DNA of 63,659 bases, filler included, from Neolecta irregularis DAH-3 (lineage: Eukaryota): NCBI GenBank assembly GCA_001929475.1. It is 5 parts of 5 records of this genome, joined end to end, with 100 filler letters (N's around TTAATTAATTAA, not from the genome) between each part and the next. Parts side by side here need not be neighbours in the genome. Positions count along the whole stretch, not along the records: positions 60,913 to 63,659 come from LXFE01000180.1; 4 more parts are not named here. One strand, 5' to 3'. Shown here piece after piece: positions 61,156 to 63,659 of this stretch. The position numbers and the translations under genes were made by a program. Each line of letters begins with the position of its first letter. Position 1 is the first letter of the stretch. A model generated the notes under the pieces. It was not told where the DNA came from. It worked only from the letters and a program-made list of their open reading frames with translations, and did no database searches.

Positions 61156-63326
61156 TTATTCAAATATGTCTACATTGTGATCCTCCTCCCAGTCATTTAT
61201 TCCCAACCATGACTTCAAACATTCTAAAGCTTGGATAACTTCAATACCAAGTTGATTCCGACGATCTGTAACAGTGATTTTTGCTCCAGAGAAGAGTCTT
61301 TCTGGTTCTGCAGACATTGCAGGAATTGATAGTATATCTATGGCCATTTTGCTCAAGTTTGGATATGACAGTTGTTGTGTTTCCTCGAGCCACCAAGTAA
61401 GAGCACTTTCAAACCCATAGACACGATCTGCTTGACAGTATTGAAGGTATTCATCTGTAGTGAGATTCAACAATTTTGCTTGACCTATCCATTGTAAGAA
61501 CTCGTTTGTTGTTGATAAAGGTTGAGTTTGAGGTGGAAGTGATTGCTCTATTGGCTTGTACTCGTTATTCCAAAAGTCTTGCATCATTTTCTTTGCTGGT
61601 ACAATCCAGCTTGAATTCCAATGGTGCTCAACGTACTGCCATTTGTAGGACGGATGTAGAATAATAGCTGCGATGTAGGCTGGTGATTCATCTGTGCGAC
61701 AGTAGTATTTGTTAATTTTTGCCCACCCAGAGTTATACATTGGCGCCATGATATTGTCAAACTGGTTATCTTCTTTCCCTTTTTCGAATTGCGTCAATAT
61801 ATAGTCTATTGCTGGAAGGACATTGTCAAGGGTCGAAGTAGACGATTCTAGAGCTTTGGTCGTCATCTTTAATTTTTCAAGGAAGCTAGTAATCGTCTTA
61901 ATTGTTACCCACTCATCCGATGAGATCTTAAAATTAATACACTCATCGTCAACCCATTTTTCAAAATATTCCTCAATTGCATGTTGTAGATGTAAAGCAG
62001 TCTTCAACATTGTGTACCACGAATTCCACCTCGTACTATTGTCGCGGGTAAGCCTATGGTTGTTACTAAGTAGCAAAAACTTTCCTAGGCGTTGAACACT
62101 TCGTTGAATAAAAATAACAAAATCGTGAAGCTTGCCAAGTGGGCCATCTTGCCTCCACTCCTCAATCTCCTTTAGTCCTATTTGTAAAATACCCATATTC
62201 TGTTCTTCTTCCAGATTTTCATTGTCTGTTACAAATAAGAATGATTTAACTGCAAGGTTGATAATATGGCCTTGGCAGCGTAGTCTATGATGTTTAGGAT
62301 CATATCTGATATCAAACTGTCGGAGAAGTTCTACAATTATTAGTTTTTATTGAACAATCATTTAGAGTATTTACTAAGAGAAATAGATCTCATCATGGTA
62401 TCATTGTTGGTTGCATTATCCATCACGAAAAATCCGAGTTTTGACGCAAATCCCCACTCTTTTATAACCTGTACAACAATATCTGCAAGATTTTCTCCAT
62501 TATGTTCACCATCGATATCTTTCAATGCCAATACTGAATGTCTTAGCTTGCCATCTTCTGTGATATAGTGAGCAACAATTCCAAGAATCGGTAGGGAATT
62601 CGGTGATGTCCATATATCACAACTAATATGAATTTTTGATCTTGCTGAATGGAGGTGCTGCTTAATTCTTTCCTTTTGGCTTTTATACTGGCGAATAACC
62701 CATCGTTTAATTGTGTTGTGACTTCCTGGTAGCCAGGTATCAATATCAACATTGAGATAATATAAAAATGCTCGAAATTCTGGACACTCGACAATACGGA
62801 AAGGGAGTGAACAGGCAGCAATCATCTTAACAAAGAGTACCTCAAGGTGATCAGGGTTAATGGATTCACCTGGTCCATCATCTAGGCGGCACCGTTTTTG
62901 GGGATTTTGTTTTGCAATCTGAAATGCTTGATTTAAAGATATTTGTTGTGACTTTGCTTTGGCATTTCGAGAATCATTTTTCTTTAACTTGTGATCATCA
63001 ATTAGATGCTTACTCGGGCCACTAGTACTTCCTGACGTTCGGTAAACCTGTGTACAATATCGACAGTGCCATTCTTCTTGCCCTGTTTCCTTGTTATAAT
63101 ATCTTGTTTCTATATCTTCATCAGGCATATGGTGAAAAACCCAGGAACTTCGAGGTTTGCTATGGGATGAAGAGGGTGGCTCGGAAGGTGTATTTTGAGA
63201 TGTACGAGTAGAATCCGTATTATAGAATTGCTGACTGGAGAGTTCCAAAAGTTCATTTGAAGGAGAGGATGCTTGAGATACTCCTGATGGCATAGATTTT
63301 TGGAAGTTAAGGGTGTTTTGAGGCAT
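61156..63326 (-). mobile_element. hAT-superfamily transposase (BED finger, DDE core, dimerization domain)
   Basis: CRYC..HLIDDH; CDIWTS (D), MDNATNND (D), RCQGH, TRWNS, PAMSAEPERLFS (E); intron 62331-62374. Confidence 0.95.
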
Positions 63327-63659
63327 TGTAAATGTTGCCGGATTGTAGTACTATATGAAAATTATAGCTATTCTACTATGCATATTTACGCACACGCAGA
63401 ATCACATGACTAGTGAGCATATTTTACTCAGTGGTTATCCCTTCCGTGTGTCCACCACATCTACCCCCATGCAGGCTTCACATTAATTTACCGTCATGTC
63501 GTTGGTTGGTGAGAACTTGGCAATGTCTGAGTAAGAGATACCTTAAAGTTCAAACCAATCTTGACTCTCGTTTGAACCTTCGTTTCACATCGTACAAGAA
63601 GATCAAGCGACTCAGGAGTTGTAATAACGGCCTCTCGATTATAAGTCAATAAACTGATT

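Noticed and set aside
1..63659. tRNA, rRNA, snoRNA, TPP riboswitch or U12-type introns
   Set aside because: No convincing consensus motifs seen by eye; tRNAscan-SE and Infernal/Rfam would be needed to exclude them

Overview
Gene-dense, intron-rich fungal nuclear DNA. I infer an early-diverging ascomycete (Taphrinomycotina, Neolecta-like) from protein similarity, 31-48 nt introns and very short intergenic spacers. It consists of five contigs joined by artificial 100-nt N-linkers that contain TTAATTAATTAA. About 33 spliced genes can be modelled: UBE3D/Ipa1-like, NOP12, RSA1, SIL1, ALG6, RNA1, an acyltransferase, a LIM-RhoGAP, an amino-acid permease, TAF7, SEC10, ERG26, two tandem KEX2-like proteases, an RRM protein, PPG1, CLP1, a MOSC protein, a CLC channel, a HAD phosphatase, SHE9, mito-S12, gephyrin/CnxE, an ADP/ATP carrier, TMEM19, Yippee, a KH protein, a C2H2 protein, an MRL1-like receptor that the ORF track fragments, ERG24 and STB3. 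An apparently intact hAT transposase closes the window. Highlights: (1) very relaxed splice signals, with recurrent GAG acceptors, degenerate donors, one apparent AT-AG intron and ATG-only first exons; (2) an MRL1-like gene head-to-head with ERG24, with start codons overlapping or 40 bp apart; (3) localized GC-rich islands centred on promoters; (4) a tandem kexin duplication; (5) neighbouring Moco genes; (6) an XBP1/Hac1-like motif upstream of SIL1. I found no tRNA, rRNA or CRISPR array. I found no clearly new multi-gene system; the splicing and GC-island signals are the best candidates. Exon boundaries were read by hand and need RNA-seq confirmation.
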